Positions 19,801 to 29,793 of a stretch of DNA of 64,000 nucleotides are shown here, piece after piece (within the stretch, counting starts at the first letter, position 1; every line of letters starts with the position of its first letter). Source of the DNA: an uncultured Verrucomicrobiae bacterium. GTDB lineage: Bacteria; Verrucomicrobiota; Verrucomicrobiia; Limisphaerales; JAFGQR01. A program made the position numbers and the translations under genes. A model generated the notes under the pieces. The model was not told the DNA's origin, ran no database searches, and saw nothing but the letters and a program-made list of their open reading frames with translations. Location: NCBI GenBank assembly GCA_963788655.1, contig CAWBHS010000088.1:224001-288000 (forward strand), written 5' to 3'.

Positions 19801-21152
19801 ATCTCCGGAACCCCCGCGAGCGACTCGGCGAGCGCGGACTCGCTGAGCGCGTCGTCCGCCAGCTTGCCCGCGAGGAACTGTTCGTAGGCGCCGAGCTCGA
19901 GCAGGCCGTGGCCCGAGAGCCCGATGACGATCACCTTCTCCTCGCCCGACTCCTTGGCCTCCAGCGCCTCGCGGCGGGCCTGAGCCAGGGCGTGCGACGA
20001 CTCGGGGGCAGCGACGATGCCCTGCGTGCGAGCGAACTCGATGCCCGCCTCGAAGCACTCCAGCTGGTGAAGCGCCACGGCGTCGACCAAACCCTCGTGG
20101 ATGGTGTGAGACAGGAGCGGCGCCATGCCGTGGTACCGGAGCCCGCCCGCGTGAATGGAGGAGGGCACGAAGTCGTGTCCCAGCGTGTACATCTTCATGA
20201 GCGGCGTCAGTCCGGCGGTGTCTCCGAAGTCGTAGCGGTACTCGCCGCGCGTGATGGTGGGGCACGACGTCGGCTCGACCGCGAGCAGACGGGTCTTCGT
20301 GCCCTTCGTCAGGTTCTCCCGCAGGAACGGGAAGATGAGGCCAGCGAAGTTCGAGCCGCCGCCCACACACCCGACCACGACGTCGGGCGCACCCTCGCCC
20401 GCCTTGGCGAGCTGGAGGAGCGCCTCCTGGCCGATGACGGTCTGGTGAAGGAGCACGTGGTTGAGCACGGAGCCCAGCGCGTACTTGGCCTCGGGGTCCT
20501 TGGCCGCCACCTCGACGGCCTCGGAGATCGCGATGCCGAGCGAGCCGGGGTGGCCCTCCGCGAACGCGCGACCGGCATCGGTCATCTGCGACGGCGAGCG
20601 GAACACCTTGCCGCCGAACACCTCGATGAGGGTGCGGCGCTGCGGCTTGCCGTCGTAGCTGACGCCCACCTGCCACACCTCACACTCGGCGCCGAACAGG
20701 GAGCACGCGTACGCGAGGGCGGTTCCCCACTGGCCTGCGCCCGTCTCGGTGGTGATGCGCGTGGTGCCGTTGATGGTGTTGTAGTACACCTGCGGGACCG
20801 CGGTGTTGGTCTTGTGGGATCCCGCAGGGGAGACGCCTTCGTACTTGACGTAGATGCGCGCGGGGGTGCCGAGCAACTTCTCCCAGCGCCGCGCGCGGTA
20901 CAGCGGCGACGGGCGGTACTGGCGATAGACCTCAAGCACCGGCTCGGGGATCGGGATATACCGCTCCTGCGAGACCTCCTGCATGATCAGTTCCATCGGG
21001 AACAGGGCCGAGAGGTCCTCCGGGCCGATGGGCCCGTGGGTGCCGGGGTGCAGCGGCGGCGGAGGCGGCGTCGGCAGGTCGGCGACGATGTTGTACCAGC
21101 TGGTAATTTCCTCGTCGGGGTTCAACGTGTACATGACCTGGTCGTCGCTCAT
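19797..21152 (-). CDS. trpB2: TrpB-like PLP enzyme (tryptophan synthase beta, type 2)
   Basis: [52 protein letters not shown]. Confidence 0.9.
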   Translation of the reverse strand: MSDDQVMYTLNPDEEITSWYNIVADLPTPPPPPLHPGTHGPIGPEDLSALFPMELIMQEVSQERYIPIPEPVLEVYRQYRPSPLYRARRWEKLLGTPARIYVKYEGVSPAGSHKTNTAVPQVYYNTINGTTRITTETGAGQWGTALAYACSLFGAECEVWQVGVSYDGKPQRRTLIEVFGGKVFRSPSQMTDAGRAFAEGHPGSLGIAISEAVEVAAKDPEAKYALGSVLNHVLLHQTVIGQEALLQLAKAGEGAPDVVVGCVGGGSNFAGLIFPFLRENLTKGTKTRLLAVEPTSCPTITRGEYRYDFGDTAGLTPLMKMYTLGHDFVPSSIHAGGLRYHGMAPLLSHTIHEGLVDAVALHQLECFEAGIEFARTQGIVAAPESSHALAQARREALEAKESGEEKVIVIGLSGHGLLELGAYEQFLAGKLADDALSESALAESLAGVPEI

Positions 21153-21541
21153 CGCTGCTCCTTTGCTGCGGTTGTAGCCCCCGGCGGCAACCCGGTGAGC
21201 CGTGATCGGAGCGTATCGGGCGCGGATGGCGCGGGCAAGTTGGCGGAGCCCCAGGCGGGCCGGTCTAGCGGGTGGCGACGATGGCCAAGACCGCAAGCGG
21301 TAAGACCATGAACGTGGACGCATAGGAGATGGTGAGGCCTAGACAGTTCTTCGCGTCGGAGCGGGCGACGACGGACTGCGTGGTTCCGTTTGCCGCGATG
21401 AGTCGGTCGCCCGCCGTATCGCGCGCCTGACGCGGATCGCTAACCCCAGTTGCGCGACGCTGGTCGGCGTGGTGTCGGGTAGATGTCCCCAGGTCGCGTC
21501 TCGGCGCCCCAGTCCACGAATTCGGGTATTTGGGATATTCG

Positions 21542-21563
21542 TGTCAGACCCTCCTGTTTGACT
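21542..21563 (+). promoter_or_regulatory. RecA-NDp/PafBC-like promoter motif
   Basis: TGTCAG-N10-TT-N3-T, 6 nt before ATG 21570. Confidence 0.55.
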
Positions 21564-21569
21564 GGTGTC

Positions 21570-22943
21570 ATGACGTTCAGCACCGGTTTGTTCAACACCC
21601 AGGCGTTGCGCCAGGCCGCCGCGGCCGTGTGCGCGCGTGAGGGTGTGGACGTGGCCGGGCTCCCAGCTTCCGCACTGCTGGAGCTGTCGAGTCAGGTGGC
21701 TCAGGTGCGCCGGGATGCGGATGTGTTGATGGCCGAGGTTGCTGCCGAGATTCACCGACGCTCCGAGTCGGACGACGCTGGGGCCGGGCTTGCGGCTAGG
21801 CAGGGCTTTCGCTCCGCTGGGGAGCTGGTGGCGCGCACGACGGGTGGGAGCGTCGCGGAGGCACGCAGGCTTGTCGTGGCGGGTGGATTGTTGGCGGAGG
21901 CGCCCGTTTCCGCCGAGGGTGCCGCGGGCACGCCGGGAGCGACCCCGCTTGCCGAGTTTCGACGCGACCTTGCCTCAGCGGTCCGCGCGGGGCGCGTGAG
22001 TGTGGAGGTCGCGGCGCTGATGTCGGACGCGCTCACCGGGCTTCCCGATGTTGAGCGAACCCGTGACCTGTTTGCGAGGGCGTTGGCGAAAGCGCCCGGG
22101 CTCCCGCTGCACCAGGTCCGCAAACTCGCATGGCAGGCGCAAGCGTTCGCGGACCCGGGGTTATGGGCGGAACGCGAGGAACGTCAACACGAAGCCCGCA
22201 CCGCGACCCTGCGCGATGACGCGGACGGCATGGTCACCCTCACGGCCCGGCTCACCCCACTGGCCGCTGCCCCGGTGCGGGCCGTGTTGGATGCGGGCGT
22301 GCGGTTCGCCATGCAGCAACGCCGCGACGACCCGGAGTCGGACACACGAACCGCGTGGCAGATGCGTGCCGACATCCTCAGCGACCTGTGCCGCCACGCT
22401 TTGGACTGCACGCAGGCCACGAGCGGTGTGAAAACCACGGTTGTCGTGCGCATGACCCGGGCAGAGCTGGAATCCGGGGCGGGCATGTGCGAGATCGACG
22501 GTACGGCTCAACCCGTGAGCGCGGGAGCATTACGCCAAGCCGCCGCGGACGCGGAAATTGTGCCCGCCGTGCTCGGTGGTGGGTCAGAAGTGCTCGACTG
22601 GGGCCGATCGAGACGCCTGTTTACCCCCGCGCAACGCCTCGCATTAGTGGAACGCGACGGCGGATGCGCGTGGTGCAACGCCCCACCGTCCTGGTGCGAA
22701 GCCCACCACATTCGCTGGTGGGACCGAGATGCCGGCCCCACCGACCTGAACAACGGGGTACTCCTGTGCACGCGATGTCACCATCGGTTGCATCGCGACG
22801 GCTGGGACATCAAAGTGGGGGACGGCGCGGCGCGCGACGGGGTGGCACACGGTCAGGTGGTGCACTTCATCCCGCCACGCTCGATCGACCCCACCCGCAC
22901 ACCCCGGCTCGGCGGACGCCAACGCTACGACCTCGCCGCCTAG
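21570..22943 (+). CDS. DUF222 + HNH endonuclease, copy 2
   Basis: Close paralogue of 4125..5435 with identical RRLFTPAQRLALVERDGGCAWCNAPPSWCEAHHIRWW. Confidence 0.9.
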   Translation: MTFSTGLFNTQALRQAAAAVCAREGVDVAGLPASALLELSSQVAQVRRDADVLMAEVAAEIHRRSESDDAGAGLAARQGFRSAGELVARTTGGSVAEARRLVVAGGLLAEAPVSAEGAAGTPGATPLAEFRRDLASAVRAGRVSVEVAALMSDALTGLPDVERTRDLFARALAKAPGLPLHQVRKLAWQAQAFADPGLWAEREERQHEARTATLRDDADGMVTLTARLTPLAAAPVRAVLDAGVRFAMQQRRDDPESDTRTAWQMRADILSDLCRHALDCTQATSGVKTTVVVRMTRAELESGAGMCEIDGTAQPVSAGALRQAAADAEIVPAVLGGGSEVLDWGRSRRLFTPAQRLALVERDGGCAWCNAPPSWCEAHHIRWWDRDAGPTDLNNGVLLCTRCHHRLHRDGWDIKVGDGAARDGVAHGQVVHFIPPRSIDPTRTPRLGGRQRYDLAA

Positions 22944-22966
22944 ACGCCGGCCGAAACACCCGTTGC

Positions 22967-23680
22967 CTAGGCCTTCGTCGCGACGTACACCGTGTTGGTG
23001 GATTCGCCGCCCTGAATCGGGTTGGGGAAACTGACCACCTCGGCGGCGACGTCGACGAAAACCTCCGCGAGCACGTCGAGGTACGCCTGTTCGGGAGGAT
23101 CGTTCGACCACAGCGCGTAGACGCCACCCTCGGCGAGGTGCGCGGCGAGACGGCGCGTTCCCTCCACCCCATAGAAACCCGCGCTGCCGTCGGCGAGAAG
23201 ATGCTGGGGCGAGTGGTCGATGTCGAGCACCACGGCGTCGAACGGGCGGTTGGGCTGCTGGGGATCGAATCCCGCGCCGTCGGACATCGCGAAGAAGTCG
23301 CCCTGCACCAGGCGGCATCGCTCGTCCGACGTGAGGGTCGGACCCACGGGGACGAGCCCCTGGCGGTGCCAGCTGATGACCGGAGCGAGAAGCTCCACCA
23401 CCACGAGCTCGCGCACGCGCGCGTCGGCGAGCACTCGCATCGCCGTGTACCCGAGGCCGAGCCCCCCGACGGCGATATCGAGATCCGTTCCGGGCAGGCG
23501 TTCAAGCGCTATCCGGGCGAGCTCGATCTCCGCCGCAGTGAAGGCGCTAGACATCAAGAACTCGTCGCCGAGCTTAACCTCGTACAGGTCGTGACCGGTC
23601 GCGGGGTCCTTGCGCCGACGCAGACTCACCTCGCCGATGGGGGTGCGGCTGAAGTCGAGTTCCTCGAACTTGGCGCTCAT
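22967..23680 (-). CDS. Spermidine synthase-like SAM-dependent transferase
   Basis: EFLMSS, VGGLGLGYTA, FDAVVLDIDHSP. Confidence 0.85.
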   Translation of the reverse strand: MSAKFEELDFSRTPIGEVSLRRRKDPATGHDLYEVKLGDEFLMSSAFTAAEIELARIALERLPGTDLDIAVGGLGLGYTAMRVLADARVRELVVVELLAPVISWHRQGLVPVGPTLTSDERCRLVQGDFFAMSDGAGFDPQQPNRPFDAVVLDIDHSPQHLLADGSAGFYGVEGTRRLAAHLAEGGVYALWSNDPPEQAYLDVLAEVFVDVAAEVVSFPNPIQGGESTNTVYVATKA

Positions 23681-23758
23681 TCGACCCCCTGGCGCGTGGA
23701 CTGACGCGCTGGGCCCACCCTAGTACGGGCGCGCATTCGACCGTCCCGCGAGTCCGCA

Positions 23759-23783
23759 CAACCTTCTGCCTGCCGATTCCGTT
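23759..23783 (+). promoter_or_regulatory. Putative ECF-sigma promoter (CAACC-N16-CGTT)
   Basis: Resembles actinobacterial SigE-type -35/-10; directly upstream of an ECF sigma gene. Confidence 0.5.
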
Positions 23784-23827
23784 CATCTAGTGGGACGATC
23801 AGGTGGGCGCCAGAAGGGGGTCTCGCG

Positions 23828-24382
23828 ATGGCAGCGTGGCGAAGTCTCCTTGAAGACCTCGTCCGCGAGCGCAGGCCGGCCCTGATCGGGTATGCCACGC
23901 TCCTTGCGGGCGACCGCAGCCAAGCGGAGGACCTCGTCCACGATGCGATCGTCCGGACCTTTGCGCGACCGCGTTCGTTTCCGAGCCTCAACGCCGCGGA
24001 CGCCTACGTTCGCCGCGCGATTGCGAATGCCTTCATCGACCGGATGCGCTCGCGACGGAGCTGGCTACGCGCGGCGCGTCGGGTCGTCGCGGACGAGGTC
24101 GCGCCTGACGACGACGCCGCAGGCAGGCTCGACGTTCGCGCGGCGTTAGGCGGGCTCCCCGCGCGCCAACGCACGTGCGTCGTCATGCGGTTCTACGACG
24201 ATCTACGGGTCACCGACATCGCCGCCGCCCTCGGGGTGAGCGAGGGTGCCGTGAAGCGGTACCTCAGCGACGGCATTCATCATCTCAACGCCACGCTCGG
24301 TACGAACGCGGACCCCGACGACGCTGGACCGACGGCTCTCGACGTCACGGTGACGGCGACGAGGACGAGGAGCAAACGATGA
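23828..24382 (+). CDS. ECF RNA polymerase sigma factor (SigE-family)
   Basis: AEDLVHDA region 2; LPARQRTCVVMRFYDDL..IAAALGVSEGAVK region 4. Confidence 0.9.
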   Translation: MAAWRSLLEDLVRERRPALIGYATLLAGDRSQAEDLVHDAIVRTFARPRSFPSLNAADAYVRRAIANAFIDRMRSRRSWLRAARRVVADEVAPDDDAAGRLDVRAALGGLPARQRTCVVMRFYDDLRVTDIAAALGVSEGAVKRYLSDGIHHLNATLGTNADPDDAGPTALDVTVTATRTRSKR

Positions 24383-25164
24383 ACGACGACCTGAGGTCGA
24401 TACTCCGTGACGCCGTCGATCGGGAGGCGTCTATAGCCGCCACGGAATTCCCCTACTCGGAGGCGGTGGTCGACGGTCTCGCGATCCACGTGCGCCGCCG
24501 CAAGGTTGCGCGCGGCGCTCTACTGGCCGTCGCGATTCTTCCGATCCTGGGCGCCGCGGTGTTCGCCGTCGACTACGGGTGGCGGACGGCGCTCCTTCAA
24601 CCCGGCGCTGGGACAACGGTCAGCACGTCGCAGACGCTCGAACCCTCGGCCTCGCCTACCGAGACCCCCATGCGAAGCCCGTCGCCGACCGCGTCCGTCT
24701 CGGCATCACCTTCCGCTCCGGCCACGACGACGACGACGGCGGCGACGACAACGACAACAACAACGACCACAACGACCACGACGACGACGGCCTCGCCGAC
24801 TACGCCCCCCGTCGCCGTCTCGAGCCTCAAGGCCTCGCCGGGCGGCGGCTCGGGGGAGATCGTGCTCCGGTGGGGCGTCTCGCCGGGCGCGACGGGATAC
24901 CACGTGTATCGCGCCTCCGCGCCGGGAGATCCCATGAAGCTCGCGGTCACCTACACGGTCGCGACGGCAAAGACGACGGTCAACTGGCCGGGAACGTATG
25001 AGTCCTTTCAGGTCTGGATGCCCGCGGCGGATGAGGTCGAGTACGTCGAAGCGGTAGACGGCCTCCCGGGATACTTCGTCGTCGCGGCGTTCAACGACGC
25101 GGGCGAGGGGCCGCGCCAGGGGACGGTATGCGCCGTACCCCTCGGCTCATCGGGGACCTGCTAG
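24379..25164 (+). CDS. Putative anti-sigma membrane protein with Thr-rich linker and FN3-like domain
   Basis: ATGA overlap with sigma gene; VRRRK + TM; poly-Thr; LRWGVSPGATGYHVYR...YFVVAAFNDAGEG. Confidence 0.75.
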   Translation: MNDDLRSILRDAVDREASIAATEFPYSEAVVDGLAIHVRRRKVARGALLAVAILPILGAAVFAVDYGWRTALLQPGAGTTVSTSQTLEPSASPTETPMRSPSPTASVSASPSAPATTTTTAATTTTTTTTTTTTTTTASPTTPPVAVSSLKASPGGGSGEIVLRWGVSPGATGYHVYRASAPGDPMKLAVTYTVATAKTTVNWPGTYESFQVWMPAADEVEYVEAVDGLPGYFVVAAFNDAGEGPRQGTVCAVPLGSSGTC

Positions 25165-26156
25165 CGCCGGTCCCGCGCCGCCAGACTATTCAGGAGTGCG
25201 GCACCCGTCGCGGCGTCGTCCACCGTGACGACGAACACACGCTCGCCCGTACGGTGAACCTGAAGTCCCTCGCCCTTGCGGACGATCACGCCGATCCGGC
25301 CACCCTTGCCGCCGCGGATACCGAAGCCCCCGAACTCGGCGATCGGTCGTACGGTCACGGCCTCGGCGGACTCGACCTCGTTGAGCGGAACGCGGATGCG
25401 CGGGCGTCCGATGAGGGGCCGCACGGTCAGGCCAGTGGCGTCGACGGTCACGGTCCAGTGAAGGAACATCACGAGAAGGAAGCCGAAGGCGACCCCCATA
25501 AGCGCCGCAACCGCCCACTCGCGCGTCAGCACGCCCGTCAGCGCCGCGAGGAGAACGACCGCCGCGATCGCCGATCCGTAGGCGCGCGCCGTGACGTCCC
25601 GGATCCACGTCGCGTGCTCTCCTGGACGGAGGGCGAGACGAGGCGCCGACGGAGACAGGGGGGCGGTCGTGGGCAGGGGAGGATCCGCTGGGCTAAGAAC
25701 GGCCGCGACGATCGCGCCCGCCGTCGCCGCAGCGAAGACCAGGGTCATCGGCCCGGTGATGGAGCCCGCGTCGTGCGCGTCGGCGATACCCCGCTGGAGG
25801 CTAAGGATCGACAGGTTGATTCCGGAGAACAGCGTCGCCATCCAGACCGCCATGCCCGCGACGAATCGCCGCATGATGGTTTGGTAACCCGCGAAGAATC
25901 CGATCGCCCACAGGAGAATCGCGGATCCGGCGGCCGCCGCTTCCGGCCATAACACATTCGGGGTGAAGGAGCCGAAGCCGTTCGGGCCATTCGATCCCCA
26001 GTGAATCGCGATGGGGTCCGGAAGGCTTGCTCGCCACGCGAACGCGAACGCGAGCGCCATGGCGATGATCGCGCCGGGCGCCGCCAGCGTGAGCACCGTC
26101 GTGCGCCCGCGAAATGGGACGGTCCGGGTGGCGGTCGGGGTGAGTGTGGGAGTCAC
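25161..26156 (-). CDS. DUF1648-domain membrane protein
   Basis: LPDPIAIHWG..GPNGF; EFGGFGIR...VVTVDDA. Confidence 0.8.
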   Translation of the reverse strand: MTPTLTPTATRTVPFRGRTTVLTLAAPGAIIAMALAFAFAWRASLPDPIAIHWGSNGPNGFGSFTPNVLWPEAAAAGSAILLWAIGFFAGYQTIMRRFVAGMAVWMATLFSGINLSILSLQRGIADAHDAGSITGPMTLVFAAATAGAIVAAVLSPADPPLPTTAPLSPSAPRLALRPGEHATWIRDVTARAYGSAIAAVVLLAALTGVLTREWAVAALMGVAFGFLLVMFLHWTVTVDATGLTVRPLIGRPRIRVPLNEVESAEAVTVRPIAEFGGFGIRGGKGGRIGVIVRKGEGLQVHRTGERVFVVTVDDAATGAALLNSLAARDRR

Positions 26157-26503
26157 TGCAATGCCTCCTTGACTAGGGCAAGCGTGGTGGTGGGGGAGAC
26201 GCCGAGCTCGTGCGCGACCGCGATGGTGGCGTCGATGGACTCGCGCAGGCGGCGGACGTCGCGCGATGCGTCGGTCATCACGGCCCCGCGGCCGCGACGG
26301 AGTTCCAGGAGCCCCTCGTCACGGACGTCCTGGTACGCCTTGAGGACCGTGTGGACGTTGACGCCGAGCGATTCGGCGAGTTCGCGCGCCGCAGGAAGGC
26401 GGGTTCCCGGCGCGAGTTCTCCGCGAGCAGCGGCCGAACGGATCTGGCCGGCCAACTGCGCGGCGAGGCTTTCGGAGGCCGAAGGGTCGAGTCGGAAGAG
26501 CAT
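26153..26503 (-). CDS. GntR (YtrA-subfamily) regulator
   Basis: LPAARELAESLGVNVHTVLKAYQDVRDEGLLELRRGRGA; short C-terminus. Confidence 0.9.
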   Translation of the reverse strand: MLFRLDPSASESLAAQLAGQIRSAAARGELAPGTRLPAARELAESLGVNVHTVLKAYQDVRDEGLLELRRGRGAVMTDASRDVRRLRESIDATIAVAHELGVSPTTTLALVKEALQ

Positions 26504-26509
26504 GACTCC

Positions 26510-26538
26510 ATAATACATGTTCTATGAGAACTAGAACA
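26510..26538 (-). promoter_or_regulatory. GntR operator TGTTCTA-N7-TAGAACA with -10 TATTAT
   Basis: Palindrome 26518..26538; TATTAT 6 nt before ATG 26503 (leaderless geometry). Confidence 0.7.
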
Positions 26539-26587
26539 AGTCCGACGCCTCGGTTACGGCCGGACGCCCAGCGCCAGGAGCGTCCTC

Positions 26588-26935
26588 CTACCCGAAGTTG
26601 TTGACCTCGAGGTAGTGAAAGAACCCATACACCAGAGCGAATGCCACGGCGTTCACGAGTATCGAGGCGATCCCAAGGACGAGCGTCGTGATCGCCAGCG
26701 TTCGACTGGAACGCATTCCTCGGCGAATGTCCGCCAGGACCCATAGCGCCAGGAGGATGGTGGCCACCGGCATCGCTATTGAGACGATGGGGAACACCAG
26801 CGGCAGACACATGCTGATCCCAGCGATGATGAGCCCGACGACGGCCTTCCAGTTCGACGACGGCACCACGGGTTTACCTGACGGGTACACGGCCGAGTTG
26901 GGAACCGGCGGGGGTAGAGCGCCGAGGTCGGGCAT
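26588..26935 (-). CDS. DUF4190-like small membrane protein
   Basis: Pro-rich N-terminus and TM hairpin; GAGGA RBS. Confidence 0.6.
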   Translation of the reverse strand: MPDLGALPPPVPNSAVYPSGKPVVPSSNWKAVVGLIIAGISMCLPLVFPIVSIAMPVATILLALWVLADIRRGMRSSRTLAITTLVLGIASILVNAVAFALVYGFFHYLEVNNFG

Positions 26936-26978
26936 ACGCGTGATCCTCTTCCTTTGGGGAACGACGAGTAGCGAAGGA

Positions 26979-27599
26979 CTACTTGCTGCCGCCGCCGAGT
27001 AGGCCGCCCAGGATGTCCCCGATGCCGCCCCCGCTACCGCCGCTGGAGCCGCCCATCGCGCCACCGAGCACGCTGCCCAGGATGTCTCCGATTCCGCCTC
27101 CGCCGGAGCCGCCGGACGCGCCACCGAGCACGCTGCCCAGGATGTCGGTAAGGCCGCCGCCGGACGAGGACTTCTTCGTTACCTTCTTGTTCGAACTACT
27201 CGAGCCGCCGATCTTGCTCGCGAGGAACGCGAGGACGATCGGAGCGAGGATGGGGAGAAGCTTGGTGATCAGGCTCTTGCCGCCCGAGGTGATTCCACCG
27301 AGCTTGGCGGTGACGTCCTTCGTCGAGTCGCCGAAGATGTGCTTGACGATCTTCTTGCCGTCCTTGGTGTCCACGTCGGCCAGCGAGATGCCGCCGTCGA
27401 TCAGGCTCGTGTCCTTGGACTCCAGGGCCTTGAGGATGGAGGCGGCGCCCGCCTCGTCCTTGGCGTTCGCGTCGAGTCCGTGCAACAGCGCGGGAAGCGC
27501 AGCTGCCACGCCCTGCTGGGCGGTGCCCGCGTCGACGCCGAGCTTCTTCGCGATGTCGTCGATGGGGATCTGCTTGAACAGCTGGTCGAGGTCGCTCAC
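26979..27599 (-). CDS. DUF937 family protein with Gly-rich repeats
   Basis: DGKKIVKHIFG, KLLPILAPIVLAFL, three GDILGSVLGG-type repeats. Confidence 0.85.
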   Translation of the reverse strand: MSDLDQLFKQIPIDDIAKKLGVDAGTAQQGVAAALPALLHGLDANAKDEAGAASILKALESKDTSLIDGGISLADVDTKDGKKIVKHIFGDSTKDVTAKLGGITSGGKSLITKLLPILAPIVLAFLASKIGGSSSSNKKVTKKSSSGGGLTDILGSVLGGASGGSGGGGIGDILGSVLGGAMGGSSGGSGGGIGDILGGLLGGGSK

Positions 27600-27652
27600 G
27601 GAAACTCCTTGGTTGGGTGCGGACGGGCGCACGGTCTCGTTGAGAGAAAACC

Positions 27653-28135
27653 TTACGCGGTCGTCCCGGTGAATCCCAGCTGGCGCCACGCCTCGAAGAC
27701 CGCGACCGCAGCCGCGTTCGAAAGGTTCAGCGAACGCCTACCCTGCAGCATCGGGATGCCAACGTGGGCCGTGACGCGCGCGTGAGCAAGGACCTCGTCG
27801 GGGAGACCCGTCGGCTCCGGGCCGAAGAGCAGCACGTCCGACGGCTCGTAGGCGATGTCGGTGAAGCGTGTCGCGGCCCGGGAGGTGAAGGCGAAGACGC
27901 GGGATTTGGGGAGCGCGGCGAGCATCGCCTCGAGACTCGCGTGCACGACGACGGTGGCGAGGTCGTGGTAGTCGAGGCCCGCGCGCCTGAGGCGGGGCTC
28001 CGTCAAGTCGAAGCCCAGCGGTTCGACGAGGTGGAGGGTCGCGCCGGTGATCGCGGAGAGCCGAATGGCGTTGCCCGTGTTGGAGGGAATGCGCGGCTCA
28101 AAGAACGCAATCCCGGGAAGCGCGGCGTCCGTCAC
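27653..28135 (-). CDS. trmL: tRNA (cytidine(34)-2'-O)-methyltransferase
   Basis: PRIPSNTGNAIRL, RRAGLDYH, FGPEPTGL, RSLNLSNA. Confidence 0.92.
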   Translation of the reverse strand: MTDAALPGIAFFEPRIPSNTGNAIRLSAITGATLHLVEPLGFDLTEPRLRRAGLDYHDLATVVVHASLEAMLAALPKSRVFAFTSRAATRFTDIAYEPSDVLLFGPEPTGLPDEVLAHARVTAHVGIPMLQGRRSLNLSNAAAVAVFEAWRQLGFTGTTA

Positions 28136-28166
28136 GCACCCATTGTGTCAGCGCCCGATGATGTCG

Positions 28167-29231
28167 CTATGCGCCCGCCTCGTTGAGGAGGGAGAGTTGC
28201 TCGTCGGTGAGGGTGAGGTCGAGCGCCTCGATCAGTTCCGAGTATTGCTCCCACGTGCGCGGCCCCACGAGAGGCAACACCTTCGGGTCGTTCTGCGCCA
28301 TTAGCCACGCCAGCACGACCTGGCTACTCGTCGCGCCGGTTACTTTCGCCACAGCGTCGACCGCGTCGAAGCGCGCGTCGGTATCGGCCCCCCTATACGG
28401 CTCCAGCGCCCAGAAGCCCGCACGCTTGCTCGCGTCGCTGAACGCGCCCTTAAGGATGGGCGAATAGGCGACGAGGGGCAGGTCGGCGTGCGCGCGCAGG
28501 TAGGCCATCTGCTCCTCGTCGACGATCGAGTTGTTCTCGAGACCCGGGCGGGGCCGCAGGTAGGAGTGCTGTTGCTGAAGCGCGGCGGGACCGGGCCATC
28601 CGTTCGCGTCGCAGATCGCGCGAATCCGCGCGAGCCGCTCGGTGCGAACGTTGGACCATCCGTAGCCGCCGATCCGGCCGTCGGCGACGAAGTCAGCGAG
28701 CGCGGCGAGAGTCTCCTCGAGCGGCGTCGAGGGGTCGTCAACGTGGACGTAGTAGAGGTCGACGCTGTCGATTCCGAGCCGATCGAGAGAGCCGGCCAGC
28801 GACTCCCGCAATACGGGGGCGGACGCGCCGACGAAATAGCGCCGCGCGATGTCCCAATCGGGTCTGCCCGAGTCGCCGAAGATCTCCTCCTGATGCGTGA
28901 CGCGGGCCGTGCCTTTGGTCGCGAGATACACGCTCTCGCGCAAACCGGAATCCGACATCCACCGGCTCAGCACGCGCTCGCTGTGGCCGCCATCGGAGCC
29001 CTCGTCGTTCCACCAGCAGTAGCAGTCGGCCGTGTCGATCATCGCGCGTGTTGGGGTGCCGTAGGGTGCGGCGAAGCGCGGGGCGACCTCGCCGACGAAG
29101 TGGTCCAGTATGCGGCGGGACGTTGCCTCGTCCGTCAGGGTGCCCATATGCATCGCGCCGAGCGCCAGCGGGGCGAGGTGGGCGTCGGTGGCGCCGAAGC
29201 GCCGTACGGGGGTGGTGGCGGAGGTGGTCAC
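28167..29231 (-). CDS. Aldo/keto reductase
   Basis: LGAM, IDTADCY, ATK, SLDRLGIDSVDLYYVH, YSPILKG. Confidence 0.9.
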   Translation of the reverse strand: MTTSATTPVRRFGATDAHLAPLALGAMHMGTLTDEATSRRILDHFVGEVAPRFAAPYGTPTRAMIDTADCYCWWNDEGSDGGHSERVLSRWMSDSGLRESVYLATKGTARVTHQEEIFGDSGRPDWDIARRYFVGASAPVLRESLAGSLDRLGIDSVDLYYVHVDDPSTPLEETLAALADFVADGRIGGYGWSNVRTERLARIRAICDANGWPGPAALQQQHSYLRPRPGLENNSIVDEEQMAYLRAHADLPLVAYSPILKGAFSDASKRAGFWALEPYRGADTDARFDAVDAVAKVTGATSSQVVLAWLMAQNDPKVLPLVGPRTWEQYSELIEALDLTLTDEQLSLLNEAGA

Positions 29232-29282
29232 GTGCGGCCTCTTTCTTCGGCGTCGCGGGGCGGGTGCGCGCCCTCGATACCG

Positions 29283-29313
29283 ACGGTAGAAGTTAGAGTG
29301 CGCTCGAAGTCAA
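29283..29313 (-). promoter_or_regulatory. MerR-type promoter with 19-bp spacer driving the AKR gene
   Basis: Minus strand TTGACT-N19-TACCGT with dyad TCGAGCGCACTCTA in the spacer; divergent MerR gene adjacent. Confidence 0.8.
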
Positions 29314-29339
29314 GCCGCGATCGGCGTAGCGTGCGTGTC

Positions 29340-29750
29340 ATGACGGACTACGCCATCGATCAAGTCGCCGAACTCATGAATGTCACGCGGCACACCCTGC
29401 GCTATTACGAACGCGAAGGACTCCTCGAGCCCGTCGCGAAGGCCGCCAACGGGCATCGGCGCTATTCGGAGGACGATCTTCGTTGGGTGGAGTTCCTGAC
29501 CCTGCTACGCGGGACGGGAATGCCGATTCGCGAGATGAAGTCCTTCGTCGCTCTCACCCGCGCGGGCGACCACACCATCGCCGAACGGGTCGCGGTGCTG
29601 TCGCTGTATCGCGACACGCTCAAGGCCCGGATGGCGGCCGACGTGGAGCGACTCGCGTTCCTCGATCGAAAGCTCGACTATTACGGGGGTGTGTTATCCG
29701 CCCAACGACCCGCGCCCGCGCATATCTCGGCCGAAATCTCCATGGCCTAG
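29340..29750 (+). CDS. MerR-family regulator (AdhR/NmlR-like)
   Basis: HTLRYYEREGLL...NGHRRYSEDDLRWVEFLTLLRGTGMPI. Confidence 0.9.
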   Translation: MTDYAIDQVAELMNVTRHTLRYYEREGLLEPVAKAANGHRRYSEDDLRWVEFLTLLRGTGMPIREMKSFVALTRAGDHTIAERVAVLSLYRDTLKARMAADVERLAFLDRKLDYYGGVLSAQRPAPAHISAEISMA

Positions 29751-29793
29751 TTCCACGCGGGATCGGGTCGCGTGTCCCCGCCGTAGGGCGGGT

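Noticed and set aside
21153..21323. Trp-containing N-terminal extension or attenuator for trpB2 ([13 protein letters not shown]...)
   Set aside because: In frame with trpB2 with no stop and no tandem Trp codons; the AAAGGAG RBS points to ATG 21152
24721..24790. (ACG/ACA/ACC)n trinucleotide tracts (also ~8638..8670)
   Set aside because: Encode ordinary Thr-rich linkers of exported proteins
27001..27150. 60-bp-period direct repeat
   Set aside because: Encodes the Gly-rich GDILGSVLGG repeats normal for DUF937 proteins
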